Source: Trypanosoma brucei
Taxonomy: Eukaryota
NCBI GenBank assembly: GCA_000002445.1
Contig: CP000067.1
Coordinates: 768,001-832,000, forward strand
Direction: 5' to 3'
DNA length: 64,000 nt
In this document: positions 40,226 through 50,646 of the stretch, in pieces
Layout of the letters: every line of letters starts with the position of its first letter
Position numbering within the stretch: the stretch's first letter is position 1
Notes under the pieces: generated by a model
Database searches by the model: none
What the model was told of the DNA's origin: nothing
The model's input: only the letters and a program-made list of their open reading frames with translations
Position numbers and translations under genes: made by a program

Positions 40226-42075
40226 TTTTTTCTTCCCCCCCCTCCAGAAAATGCAGGGAAATCACGTGTTACGCCATGAACGGTGTTCATTCGTCCACCA
40301 ACTCTGGAGGAAGCAAATGATGACAACAAGATGTAATTTTATTTTGTCTGTGCACGCACAAACGGTTCTTGAGAAGGGGAGGCAGAGGAATTTCCGTCTG
40401 TGCTGCAACTCTATTTTTTATTCAATTCAAGTCTTCAATCCCATCCGCACCCGTTGCGAGCTGTTAATGTGATGCAAAATGCGTACCGGTGCCTTGTAAT
40501 AATGGATATATCAGCACTGGGGTGGACAAATGCAAAAAAAACGGGTGGATAAATTAGACGAAATGCATAACTTCACGTATTATTATTGCTGTTATTTGGC
40601 AGGCATAACATATAACTGGTAACCAAAGGTGCGAGAGGATTGTAACGGTGATGGGTGCAGTTTCGGTATGTAAGTTGCACCTTTGGAGACATCAGTATGA
40701 GGGAAAGAAGTAAGGAAGAAGAAGAGGAGAATTGTTGCACGTATCTTTGTACTGTCAGTGGTTCTGCTAAAGTAAGTGTTAACTTACTTCTTCGATCATG
40801 TAATGCCTTGTCCCGATTTCTGTACGTGGTGGAAGTGTGTGTGAGCAGGGTGCTTGGTTTAATCTGCTTATTTGGTCAATGCATACACATGTCCACTTGC
40901 TCACGGATTATGTGCGATAACAAGTTGTGCATGGGGCATTCACCCTTTGCGTGTATGTTGTCGGGTCGCACCTTTCCTTTGTTTCCGAGGGATGCGTTTG
41001 ATTAAATGCTCTTCTGTTCGGGCGCTCATTCGGTGGAACTCAACAAAGAGGATGAAGAGGAACGAACGGACCAGAAGGGAGGAGAGAAAAGGCCGCGGTT
41101 TCTCGATATATCGTTCCTCCTCCGTGGAGTGGCGACTTGCGCCCATATTTTTTTTTTCACTTGTTTATTTGTTTTCAGTCCACGATTGAGATACGACGCT
41201 CGTCACGGACGAACTTATTCAATTCCCCATCATCAGGACTGGAATGTGGCGAAGAAGAAAGAGGAGGGGAGGAGGAGGCAGAGCCGACGTAAAGGGGATC
41301 AGTTGGTGAAGGGGAGAATTCCTTAGTTATTAAAAATGACAACACAAACGGGGGGAAAAAATCATCCCCCTGTCTTTTTTTTTCGGCTACCTGTGCGTCT
41401 CAGACTGTTGCCATGGTCAAACGATGACATGAATCACTCTCACTGGGTCACCACGGGAAGAAACTTACATTTACACACACAGAGATGCTTACTAACCGCT
41501 GTCATGCACGAAAACTACAACACAAACCAAAAGAAAATGACGGGCATCGCGCGTACGTGTTCTTCGGCGTGTCGGCATGGAAGTAATAATGAAAAAAAAA
41601 AACACGTCCACCCTTTGACTTTCTTTCTTTTTACGACCAACTCTTCTCCCTGTTTCCGCCATCTGCGAACCGCGCGCCGGCACGCGTGCTCACCTGAACG
41701 CACTATCTACTGGTTGGAATACGAACGGATATCAGACTTACCAATCGAGGAACAAGAGAAAAGAGGAGCAACTACGTTTGTAGCATATACGCTTTTTTAA
41801 AAAACGCAAGAGAAAAAAGGAAAAGCAGGCAGCATAATTGTGAAGTTTGGACCAGCTCTTGGATCGCTCGCGTCGGTGAACCCTGCAACACATCCCAAAC
41901 ACAAGGTTAACTGACGCGCCATCAATATACCACCAGCAACAAAGGAGCTGTGAAACCTAGGGACTAAAGCAAAATAGAGAAAGGACTTGCGCATAATCAA
42001 GTCGGACCAAATATTTAACTAATAGGAGGCGTACTGAGAGCAGGCTGTATTAAGTGAAGGAAAGGTCGATCAAGC

Positions 42076-42522
42076 ATGGAAATCATTGATCGGCCCCTAA
42101 GTGAAATCATCAAGGAGCAAAACATTGCCCAGTCCCTGCGCCGCAACCGCCGAGGGGGGAAAGGCAACCAACAGCGACGGCCGAGAGGAGGAGCTCGGGG
42201 CGCCGTGACTGGTGGCAACCGTGGCGTGTCGAGACCCCGTCGTGGTTTGGGACGTGACCGCTTCAGAGAAGTGGACCGCCGTCGGCTCTTGTCACGGCGC
42301 CCTGATGGCCCCTTCCGCCGCTTCCGACCGTCATATGGCCGCGTATTGGAGAGGCGTCGTAATGCCGTGGATTACGGTGATGTGAGGTCGCGCCGCTCCG
42401 TGAAAAGCACCGATTATTTGCGTGAGCGCCGCCTCTCCGGTTCGGAACGCAACGAACGCCTCCGGTACCAGCGCCGTCGCGAAGAACTCTCCCGCGTCCG
42501 CTCCCGCTTCTCACGTGATTGA
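42076..42522 (+). CDS. Arginine-rich 148-aa protein with an N-terminal ALY/REF-type UAP56-binding-motif-like sequence and RGG-type repeats; no RRM
   Basis: ATG at 42076. The N-terminus MEIIDRPLSEIIKEQNIAQSLRRNRRGGKGNQQRRPRGGARGAVTGGNRG resembles the ALYREF N-terminus ([24 protein letters not shown]), which I recall from memory. The rest is an Arg-rich tract with RRR/RSR dipeptides. The sequence is non-repetitive at the DNA level. Confidence 0.5.
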   Translation: MEIIDRPLSEIIKEQNIAQSLRRNRRGGKGNQQRRPRGGARGAVTGGNRGVSRPRRGLGRDRFREVDRRRLLSRRPDGPFRRFRPSYGRVLERRRNAVDYGDVRSRRSVKSTDYLRERRLSGSERNERLRYQRRREELSRVRSRFSRD

Positions 42523-44040
42523 TAGGCCGGGCGCCCAATACGAGGGGGAGAGATGAACAGGAATTATTGAAGGTCAGGTGTTTGAGATGCGTGACTGAGG
42601 GAGAGGAAGCGAAAAAAGAAAAAAACCAAAAGGAAGGGGAACAATGAGTGAGAAGCACGGTTGGAAATGTAGAAAGGTTGCACTCAATAATAACGATAAA
42701 AAAGAAAATGGGGCGGCGAGGGGAGAAAGCAAAGAGGGAACGCAGCAAGTCGAACAGTTAAAGAAAGCAAGATGCAAGCCTACAAAACACTAGGAAGTGG
42801 AAAGGAGCCTGAGCGTTTCAACGCTTCATCAATGTCCCTCTTGTTTAAGGGTTGTTTGCCGTCACCAAATCCGTTGAGTCGAGTCCATTACCGGAGTTAG
42901 CCGCTTCAATGAAAATGACGAAGTTTTCCCGATGGAAAGTCAGTTGAAGGAAGGAGGGTAATATCGTGTAGCGATCTGTAGAGGAACGGAGAGGAGCGTT
43001 AGAAGCGGCGAGCTGAGAGACGAAAGAAATATGGCTGCTTGTAAACTTCTTTCTGCATTTGAACTGGAGCGGCGAAACCTGCCCACGAATGAAAAGATCA
43101 TCGCGAAAGAGAAAACCAACTTCACAGATTACCGGGAACTATAAACCAAGGACGCACACGAACATGTTGGTTACACATTATGTGGATTGTCACGACTTGA
43201 TTTGTTGGGTTCTTTTTCTGGTGTTGGTGTTGGTCGCGGTCATGAACGTATTGTTGCCCTTCTTCATGCGCGCAAAGGGGGGGGAGAAAAGTAGCAAAGG
43301 CATAAAATGAATAATTGATTGTTCAAATACAGTGTGCTAAGGCTAATACAACTAGAAAAGAACTAGGACAAGAAAAGGACGAAACATACGGGAAGAACTG
43401 ATAGTGAACGTTGTGAGGACTAAAAGATAGAAGGGGAGATGAACCTTGGGGATATGGTATACTCATATTTGTGCGGATGTATTTGTATTTGTTTTTACTA
43501 AGAGGAAATAAAGTGAACCAGCGACATGGTATGGTATGAACTGTTGGGTAAAAAAGAAAAAAAAGGACATTTCCACTAGCTGTAAAAGAAACGGAGAGAA
43601 GGTGAAATAGGGAAACAGAAAAAGAGGGAAATGAATTTGCTGCCTCCGTACAATGTTACACACTTCAAGGCAGCGGAATGACCCTTTAAATTTTTCATTT
43701 TCCCCATTAATCCCTTCGATATTATATTATGCGTGTCTCTCTCCCCTGCCTTCTGTTTTCTGTCTCCTTTTGTCTCCTTTTGTCATCCCTTAGCTGCCTG
43801 GAATGGGGATGTAGGAAGGCGAAAAAGAAAAAAAATACGTGTCTCTTTATTCCAACAGCAGTGCAGCGCGGGGGGTTGCAACATTGCATTTTTGTTTGGT
43901 TCTGTTTTTGCTCTTTTCTGTTTGTATTTGCTGGCGTTGTTAGTGTTGAAAACAAGAGAAAACAAAAAGAACGTGAGTATGTGCAATACAGGAACTGAAG
44001 TGAGTGGAACACCTACAAGAAACATAAAGGGGGGGTGCAC

Positions 44041-44156
44041 TCTCTTAATTACCCTTTGCTTCGGCTTTCCTGCCACGACTTTTTTTTTCCCCATTACACT
44101 ATTATTATCACCGTTGGTGTTGTTATTTTTACTGCCTCTTCATCTTCGCAAAGGAC
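44041..44156 (+). promoter_or_regulatory. long polypyrimidine tract: candidate polyadenylation/trans-splicing coupling element between the Arg-rich gene and gene 44413
   Basis: About 110 nt that is overwhelmingly C/T (ctcttaattaccctttgcttcggctttcctgccacgactttttttttcccc...ctgcctcttcatcttcgc). Confidence 0.4.
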
Positions 44157-44412
44157 AGGAATCGCGGCGGAAAGGACGGAGAGAGTAAAGCATTCCTTCG
44201 CTCCACTGCGTTGGCAGGACCCGTAGGAGGGCCCGAGAGAGCCAAAGGGAGAAAAACGAACGAAATAATATTAATAATAACAGTTATTAATAACGTGGAA
44301 GCGGTTTCACAGTTACATTTCAATAGCCCCGTTTGGATTAGAAGAATAGAAAAGAAACTGGAGTTGCGGAGGACTTGAGCCGACGAAGGGTAAGAGGGAA
44401 CAAAAAAGAATT

Positions 44413-45759
44413 ATGCTGCGCCATACATGCAGGCGGTTGTTACTTAATGTATCGGGGGAGAGCCCGTCGTTCCGTGCAAAGCCCATACGGAATCTGCAGA
44501 TGGATGTGCAGATGAGCCCCTACAAGGAGCAATTCAAAGACTACTGGTCCACACCCGTGCCATGGGCAGATCGCGAGTACGGCGAGAAGCCAAAACTCGG
44601 GGCTCCCGTTCCCACGCGTCGGGCTGCAACGGCGGTTGTGATTGGAATGAACCGTCACGCCGACATGGCGAAGGTTGAACGCGGTGAGGACAATGATTAC
44701 AAGGTGCTCATGATGTATCGCGAAGGAAAAAGCCGCTTTGTGCGGGACCAGTTCATCCTACCGTCAATGCCAGTGAGTTTGGAGGATAGTTCGGAGGATT
44801 GGGAAAAGATTCTCCGCCGCCGCGGTGTGAAAACTCAGTGGACGGACCTGCATCACCGCCTCTGCGCGATGCGGGCGCTATTTGCACAAATGAATATTCT
44901 TCTCATTCCAAAGGAGGGGGGCGGGCTTGCGGAGGTTGAGGGACCGCCTGGACCCAAGAAGTGGCACTTGCTCGTCCATTCAAACCCCAAGGCAATGAAG
45001 AACCTGGTGGATGTTCTGGAGTTACCGATGGAAACGTGTTTGTCACAGCTGCTGCCGTTCCGCAGCATCACAACACCAACAACGGAAACCTTTCGTTTCT
45101 GCAATCTCAATTACCTGGTGCCCTTTGAGAAGGTACCGGACGTGCGATTTACTATTAGTACTCTGGGAGAGAAGCTTGTGTGGGTGTCACCGATGGAGGC
45201 CATGGCACGTTTTAACGCCGGTATCATGAACATGCCCACGCCCAGCCTTATTCTTCTGTCTGAGTTGAACAACGAGTGCCCCACCTTTGCGGATGTGATG
45301 AAGCGGAAGCCACACGACAGTTACCGCGATGTCCTCCCTGAGTTGTTTCGTCACAACCAAACAAAAGTCGCCACAATCCTTCTCCCTGGTGACCTTCAAC
45401 ACACCAGCACAACAGAAGAAGATAAGGCTCAACAATATGTCCGTCGGTTTGTGTATGAAAAGGATTACCCCTTCGGTGTGCGCGCGGTGTTTGAGGAACG
45501 GCCGGCGACGGTAGAGGAATCAGCGGGACCTTTAGAGCAGGAAATGCCCAAATTGTTGGAGGAGGCAAATGAAATGGATATGGTTTACGCCGAGGTGCCG
45601 TACCCAAAGAGGGAGAAGCGGCCGGAGGAAATCGGTCGTACAGCATTTGCCGTTCCAAATTACACTTTTCAAGAGGGAGTGGAGAACGCAGATGGCGTCA
45701 TCCCAGTGAAGAAGCGGAACATCGGAAGCGTGGGGGATTTGTACTCGCACACAAAATAA
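44413..45759 (+). CDS. hypothetical protein (448 aa) with a presequence-like N-terminus
   Basis: ATG at 44413, downstream of polypyrimidine tract 44041-44150. The N-terminus MLRHTCRRLLLNVSGESPSFRAKPIRNL is basic and amphipathic. I recognised no domain. Confidence 0.55.
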   Translation: MLRHTCRRLLLNVSGESPSFRAKPIRNLQMDVQMSPYKEQFKDYWSTPVPWADREYGEKPKLGAPVPTRRAATAVVIGMNRHADMAKVERGEDNDYKVLMMYREGKSRFVRDQFILPSMPVSLEDSSEDWEKILRRRGVKTQWTDLHHRLCAMRALFAQMNILLIPKEGGGLAEVEGPPGPKKWHLLVHSNPKAMKNLVDVLELPMETCLSQLLPFRSITTPTTETFRFCNLNYLVPFEKVPDVRFTISTLGEKLVWVSPMEAMARFNAGIMNMPTPSLILLSELNNECPTFADVMKRKPHDSYRDVLPELFRHNQTKVATILLPGDLQHTSTTEEDKAQQYVRRFVYEKDYPFGVRAVFEERPATVEESAGPLEQEMPKLLEEANEMDMVYAEVPYPKREKRPEEIGRTAFAVPNYTFQEGVENADGVIPVKKRNIGSVGDLYSHTK

Positions 45760-46321
45760 GTGAAGAAATGGAACGGAGGAGAAGGGAGGAACGTGGCATG
45801 CGAAGAGCTGGTTTTGATGATGTGGAGTGGTATCGCCCAGTTCCTTGGTGCTTACATATTTGATTTTATTTTGCTTCGTGGGAACGGGCGGTCGGCCGCA
45901 AGAAGAGAGAAGGAATGTGGCCACCGCTGGGTTGGAAGTGCCGGAAAATGCGGAAGGGGTTCTGTTGGTTCAGTATCGATCTCGTGCGTCACACACATTT
46001 TTTTCATTTCTTTCCCTTTCCATCTGTTCTACCACTGTTTCCGCGGCTATCGCTTCTGACACAGTGGCGTTCGATTCGCATCACATTCATCTGAAGCTTG
46101 GTGCTTAAGTCTGAGAAACGTTTTTTGGCATCTCTTCTTCTGTTTGTTTGTTGCTATTGTTGTTTTTTCGCTGTGCTGCCGGCATTTGTAATTGCATTTT
46201 ATCACTTCACCGAACGCATGCACGGGCTTCCACCAAAAACTAAGGAAAGAACAGAACGGATAAAGGGATATAAAGTTGCGAGACCGCATATATCATATGG
46301 TTTAGCTCAAGGTTGTTGGAT

Positions 46322-46819
46322 ATGAAGGTATCGTCGTTTATTGTTCAGCTCCGCCCGGGTTTCTTTCGCCTTATGATTCATGCCAAACCTGGCGCGCGGA
46401 GTACCGCGTTGGCTGCCCAACCACAAGCGCTCGATGAAGCTCTGGAGGTTCGGCTGGCGGCACCACCTGTGGATGGAAAGGCGAACACAGAACTTGTTGA
46501 GTTCATGCAAACACTTTTGGAACAGCAACTGGCCACACTTCGTATCACTCAAAAACAACATCTGCGGAAAAGCGGCTGTGAGGATGGGGAAGATGAAGTG
46601 TACACGTACGAGCACTACGCAAAGAAGAAAAAGAGTAAGAACAACAAGCGGATGAATGAAGATTCGAAGTCTGGGGAAGCGAAAGTTGAATATCCGGATG
46701 ATAAGGTGCGGGTGTCGCTAGTGAGTGGCCTCACAAGTAGAAATAAAGTACTAGAAGTTACGTTTCCCGGAACAGAGGAAGACCTGTTGGCTGTGCTCAA
46801 GTCTGCCGATTTTTCATGA
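46322..46819 (+). CDS. DUF167 / YggU-family (UPF0235) protein with a Lys/Glu-rich C-terminal extension
   Basis: The ORF-track start at 46313 is a TTG; the ATG is at 46322. The family signature is read directly: LMIHAKPGARSTALAAQPQALDEALEVRLAAPPVDGKANTELVEFMQTLL, matching the pattern HAKPGA...L.V.L.APPVDGKAN..L..F. Confidence 0.75.
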   Translation: MKVSSFIVQLRPGFFRLMIHAKPGARSTALAAQPQALDEALEVRLAAPPVDGKANTELVEFMQTLLEQQLATLRITQKQHLRKSGCEDGEDEVYTYEHYAKKKKSKNNKRMNEDSKSGEAKVEYPDDKVRVSLVSGLTSRNKVLEVTFPGTEEDLLAVLKSADFS

Positions 46820-46884
46820 GGGAGGGGGTGCCTCGTGTCTTTCTTCCCTTGCTTTGCGGCTTTATTTGCCATCGACTCCGCATA

Positions 46885-46890
<6 letters not shown>

Positions 46891-46919
<29 letters not shown>

Positions 46920-46929
46920 GTGTGTGTGT
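46891..46929. repeat. (TA)~15 then (TG)4 microsatellite
   Basis: tatatatatatatatatatatatatatatacgtgtgtgtgtc, intergenic after the DUF167 gene. Confidence 0.9.
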
Positions 46930-47460
46930 CAGCGCGTTAATGTGAATGCAAGTTTACAGCAGAGGACGGTGGGACGAGTTGAATCCACCCCATAATTGCT
47001 TCCATCGCCGTATGCTCGCTTAATCTCCCACTGGTCATGCTGAGGCGGAAACAACTTTAATGGCTTCTCTTTTGGGTTGCCTTATTATTTTTACCCAATC
47101 CATTTATTGATACCGTCGTCTGTTGCAAACTTTTTTGTGCGTCTTTCTTTCCTTCTTTTACTATTCGTCGTTTGTGTCTGACATGATTTACAAGGGCACA
47201 ACTCAACCACAGAAGGAGTAACCGACACGTCCGTACGTCTCGTCCCAACGTACATAAAGGGGGGAAGAAGGTAAGGGAGTGGATCTGGACACAGCGGCAA
47301 AGCAGTTGAGCAATTACAGCCTCTGAAGCAAGGTAAATAAAAAGAAAGAAAAAGTATCAACAAAAAAGGGGGAACTATTTCCCTGCTTTCACGTTCTTTT
47401 TTCTTTTTATTGAAGTCTACACACGCGTGATTGTTGCGCGAACATATTTGCTCACGTGAG

Positions 47461-47508
47461 CCATTACTACTGTTGTTATTTACTTACAAGTTATATTTAT
47501 ATTTACAG
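47461..47508 (+). promoter_or_regulatory. polypyrimidine tract plus CAG immediately upstream of ATG 47515: candidate trans-splice acceptor
   Basis: ccattactactgttgttatttacttacaagttatatttatatttacag, then gatcgg ATG. Confidence 0.45.
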
Positions 47509-47514
47509 GATCGG

Positions 47515-48213
47515 ATGCACCCGTTCTACACTATACGTTACCCACCGTCAAAAGGCTCCAATGAAAGCCAGCCAATATTAGTGACAGACACGGCGATAGA
47601 GCCACTATTCTTCTGTATTGTGTACTCTATCGAGTTTCAGTGCCCCGTGCAGACAACAGAATCCCGCACGGCAAATTCGCGCTCCAGTAGTTTCCCCTTC
47701 GGTGGCAGGGCCAGTGGCAGCGGAGGCAAAAGGGAAGCGAATGAGTTGCATGTGTGTCCCGTGGAAAACACAAGCAAACTTCTGGGGAATGTAACGTATG
47801 TGTCGTGCCTCGATCACAACCCGACTCTTCTTGCCTCTTTGCAGACGGCAGTTGATGCAGCTCGCGCCATTCCTATTCCGGAGGACGAGCAGAAAGTGCC
47901 GCTTCAGCTATGTGTGCGGCTGCTGCATAAACAAACTCGGTGGCTGTGGGAAGAGTCACGGCCTCTCGTCGAATGGACGTTTAAGATTGTCAAAACGCGG
48001 GGGCTCAGCTACGCAGCGGTTCCGGAAGCCTCCAGTGGCGCGAGTGCACGCAATACAAATGTCGAATTTGTGCATGCAAGTGGTCCTGCACAAATTAGAG
48101 AAGTTCTCCAATTCATACTCAAGCATAGCTACGAGGCCATTGATCTCAACACCTTTTCAGACTTTAAGTCAGGGGAGTTGGTATTTGAAGTATTTGTGGA
48201 TCAGGCACGATGA
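47515..48213 (+). CDS. hypothetical protein (about 232 aa)
   Basis: The ORF-track start at 47431 is a TTG. The ATG at 47515 is immediately preceded by a Y-rich tract and CAG (47461-47508), a textbook splice acceptor. I recognised no domain. Confidence 0.5.
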   Translation: MHPFYTIRYPPSKGSNESQPILVTDTAIEPLFFCIVYSIEFQCPVQTTESRTANSRSSSFPFGGRASGSGGKREANELHVCPVENTSKLLGNVTYVSCLDHNPTLLASLQTAVDAARAIPIPEDEQKVPLQLCVRLLHKQTRWLWEESRPLVEWTFKIVKTRGLSYAAVPEASSGASARNTNVEFVHASGPAQIREVLQFILKHSYEAIDLNTFSDFKSGELVFEVFVDQAR

Positions 48214-49232
48214 TTGTCATAATGACGGTGTGGAAACCATATGAACGGTTACGTTAAAACTCGTGGCCAGAGGATCGCAGAGGGCCCCGTGTGTTGCCCA
48301 TATTTGATGCTCCTTATCGACCGTCGTGTACAGTCGTTCACCTTTTAAGTTGTCTCTTGCCTTTTTATGGTCCCCCCCCCCTGCGTGCGCATGCGCTTCG
48401 ATCATATGCTGAAAAGCACGTTTTATTCCAAAGGGGGGGACTAAGGTAGCAAAGGGGGGGGTAGAAATCAGTTCTGTACGTTTTCAGTTTATTTCAGCGT
48501 ACGCGTACCACATAAGCGCGAAGTCGTGTCTGCTTCAGTATTTACGTGTAATTGTACACATACGTCTGGACCTGGCACTATCACAACTGGGGAGGCGAAG
48601 TGAATTAGTAACCTTGGCTATAGCCCCTGGTGTGCTTCCTTTTTTTTGTTTAATTTTGTTGCTTCTGTCGACTGGCAATCCCGTTGTGCGTATGTCTGTA
48701 GGTGGGGCTCTAAAAAGGGGGGGTCGAGTTTCACTGTTTAGATGCATTTGCTGTTACAAATTTACACATATATGTGCGCAGATGAGTGAGCGCCGCAGTG
48801 GTCGACGGGATGGCGGAGTGCCGCGACCATCTTCCGCACTTTTTCACACACTCTTTCAACGTTTTTTTCTGCTATTTTAGAGCACACGTGCGCTCCCTAA
48901 CGTGCGGAGCGCCGTTGCCTCCTTGTGGCTTTTCTTACTTTGTTGAATCAAGTGAGGGAAGGGAAACGGGGTACAACAAAGTTATCTTCAAGTGTTGTGA
49001 CTGCGGGCGTTTATGCGCTCGCCGTGGTTTTTTGTGAACAACAGAGAGAAAGCCAAACGTTCTGACGTGGTCTGTTGGCTGCATCCTGTCTAGTAGGGGC
49101 TCATGCCTTTACCATCACGTCGCCACAACTACTAAGTGCGTGAAAAGGAATAAATAAATCACCTAGGCAAAAATACATACATATATCGAGGCGGAGGGAG
49201 AACAACGTGCGTAAAATAGTATCTGGGCGGGG

Positions 49233-50327
49233 ATGCCGTTATGTGTTCCTCTTCTTCAAAATGTGTTGGCATGGTACGGTGATGAATTATCGATATCACT
49301 CGCACTCTTATCAACCTCGCCATCTGTTCGTTTCTTCTGCGAGCGACACGCGGAACCACCGCTGCGGATACTGGCGGGAACATGGACCGTGCAATGCAGA
49401 ACTGACGGGCCCCGCTTTATTACGCACAACGTAGGTATAAAGGTTGCGGACGCCCTCGGTGCGGATGTCTTTTCGTCTATGGCGTGGTGGTGTAACCGGA
49501 TCGTTACCAGCAGTAGCGGTCGGGGCCGGGAGCCGGTTCAGTTACATCTCAACCTCAACGGTGCACGGTGCTCCGTAGAACAGGTGCTGCAAGGGGCGTT
49601 GGCTTTCCGAACCCTTGTGGAGTTGTCCCTTCGCCGAGTGTCAATAAAAGATGTCAACGTGCTTGGAAAAATGCCATCGCTGCAGAAGCTAGATTTGGTG
49701 GAAGCAAGTGTCGCCGACAGTGGCATTGTTGGCCTCGGTGATAGTAACAGTTTGGTGAGCATTAACTTATGGGGATGTGAAGACATTGCCGATGTGAGTG
49801 TGCTTGGTAAGATACCAACTTTACGTGAGCTTGTAGTCGCTGAGACAAAAGTCACAGATTGTGGCACCGCAGGTCTTGTGGATTGTGTGAACCTCCGCGA
49901 GTTAAATATGGAGGCGTGCCCCTCCATTACATGCGTGGGGGCCGTGTCAGAGCTTCCAGTCCTCCAGCGGCTGTTGCTTGTAACAACAGCAGTCACTAGC
50001 GCTGGTATCGCAAGTCTGGGAAATAGCCGGAGTTTAGTGGAAATTGACCTGTGGGGTTGCCGCGGTGTGGACAGTGTAAATACTCTGGGGAAAATACCAA
50101 CACTGCGACGCCTTGATCTCTTCGGTACATCTGTGACAAATGAAGGAATCATTGAACTGGGGTGCAGTCAAAGTCTTGAAGAGGTTGATCTCACTTTCTG
50201 CGAAGCCATCAGTGACGTGGGAACCTTGGTCGCCGTACCGACTCTGCAGCGGCTGATACTCTTGCATACGTCTGTGGAAGAAGGGGCATGCAGACAGTTT
50301 AGTAAGCGGGTTTCCATTGCAATTTAA
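49233..50327 (+). CDS. Leucine-rich repeat protein of the ESAG8 / LRRP type (RING-less)
   Basis: ATG at 49233, though the true start could be a downstream Met. About 8 tandem repeats of roughly 25 aa are read directly: LGKMPSLQKLDLVEASVADSGIVGLGDSNSLVSINLWGCEDIADVSVLGKIPTLRELVVAETKVTDCGTAGLVDCVNLRELNMEACPSITCVGAVSELPVLQRLLLVTTAVTSAGIASLGNSRSLVEIDLWGCRGVDSVNTLGKIPTLRRLDLFGTSVTNEGIIELG... Confidence 0.8.
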   Translation: MPLCVPLLQNVLAWYGDELSISLALLSTSPSVRFFCERHAEPPLRILAGTWTVQCRTDGPRFITHNVGIKVADALGADVFSSMAWWCNRIVTSSSGRGREPVQLHLNLNGARCSVEQVLQGALAFRTLVELSLRRVSIKDVNVLGKMPSLQKLDLVEASVADSGIVGLGDSNSLVSINLWGCEDIADVSVLGKIPTLRELVVAETKVTDCGTAGLVDCVNLRELNMEACPSITCVGAVSELPVLQRLLLVTTAVTSAGIASLGNSRSLVEIDLWGCRGVDSVNTLGKIPTLRRLDLFGTSVTNEGIIELGCSQSLEEVDLTFCEAISDVGTLVAVPTLQRLILLHTSVEEGACRQFSKRVSIAI

Positions 50328-50646
50328 TACACACTTCTTGCTCGTGACACAATCCGCTGACAAACGGCTTTGCACGTTTAACCCGTGTATGCGGGTACGG
50401 GGTAGTGTGCGGTCCATTTTGGTGCCTGACGACGGGTAAATACTCTTCCCTCACAATGCCGTTCGGATACGGGAGAAGGAGGAGGAGGAGTATGCGACCG
50501 AGAAAGATCGTGTACAACGCGCATATTTGTGTACATATGCATATATTATTGTGTCTTATGTTGCTTTGCATTTGCTCTATCCATTTTATTCTACCGTCCA
50601 GACATTAGGTTGTTGTACTGCCTGTAGGCGGTCCTGCCAAGGCAGA

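Noticed and set aside
43089-43310. 73-aa ORF with one hydrophobic helix in the spacer after the Arg-rich gene
   Set aside because: There is no polypyrimidine tract upstream, and the upstream sequence is purine-rich. It is short and could be chance; flagged only as a possible micro-protein.
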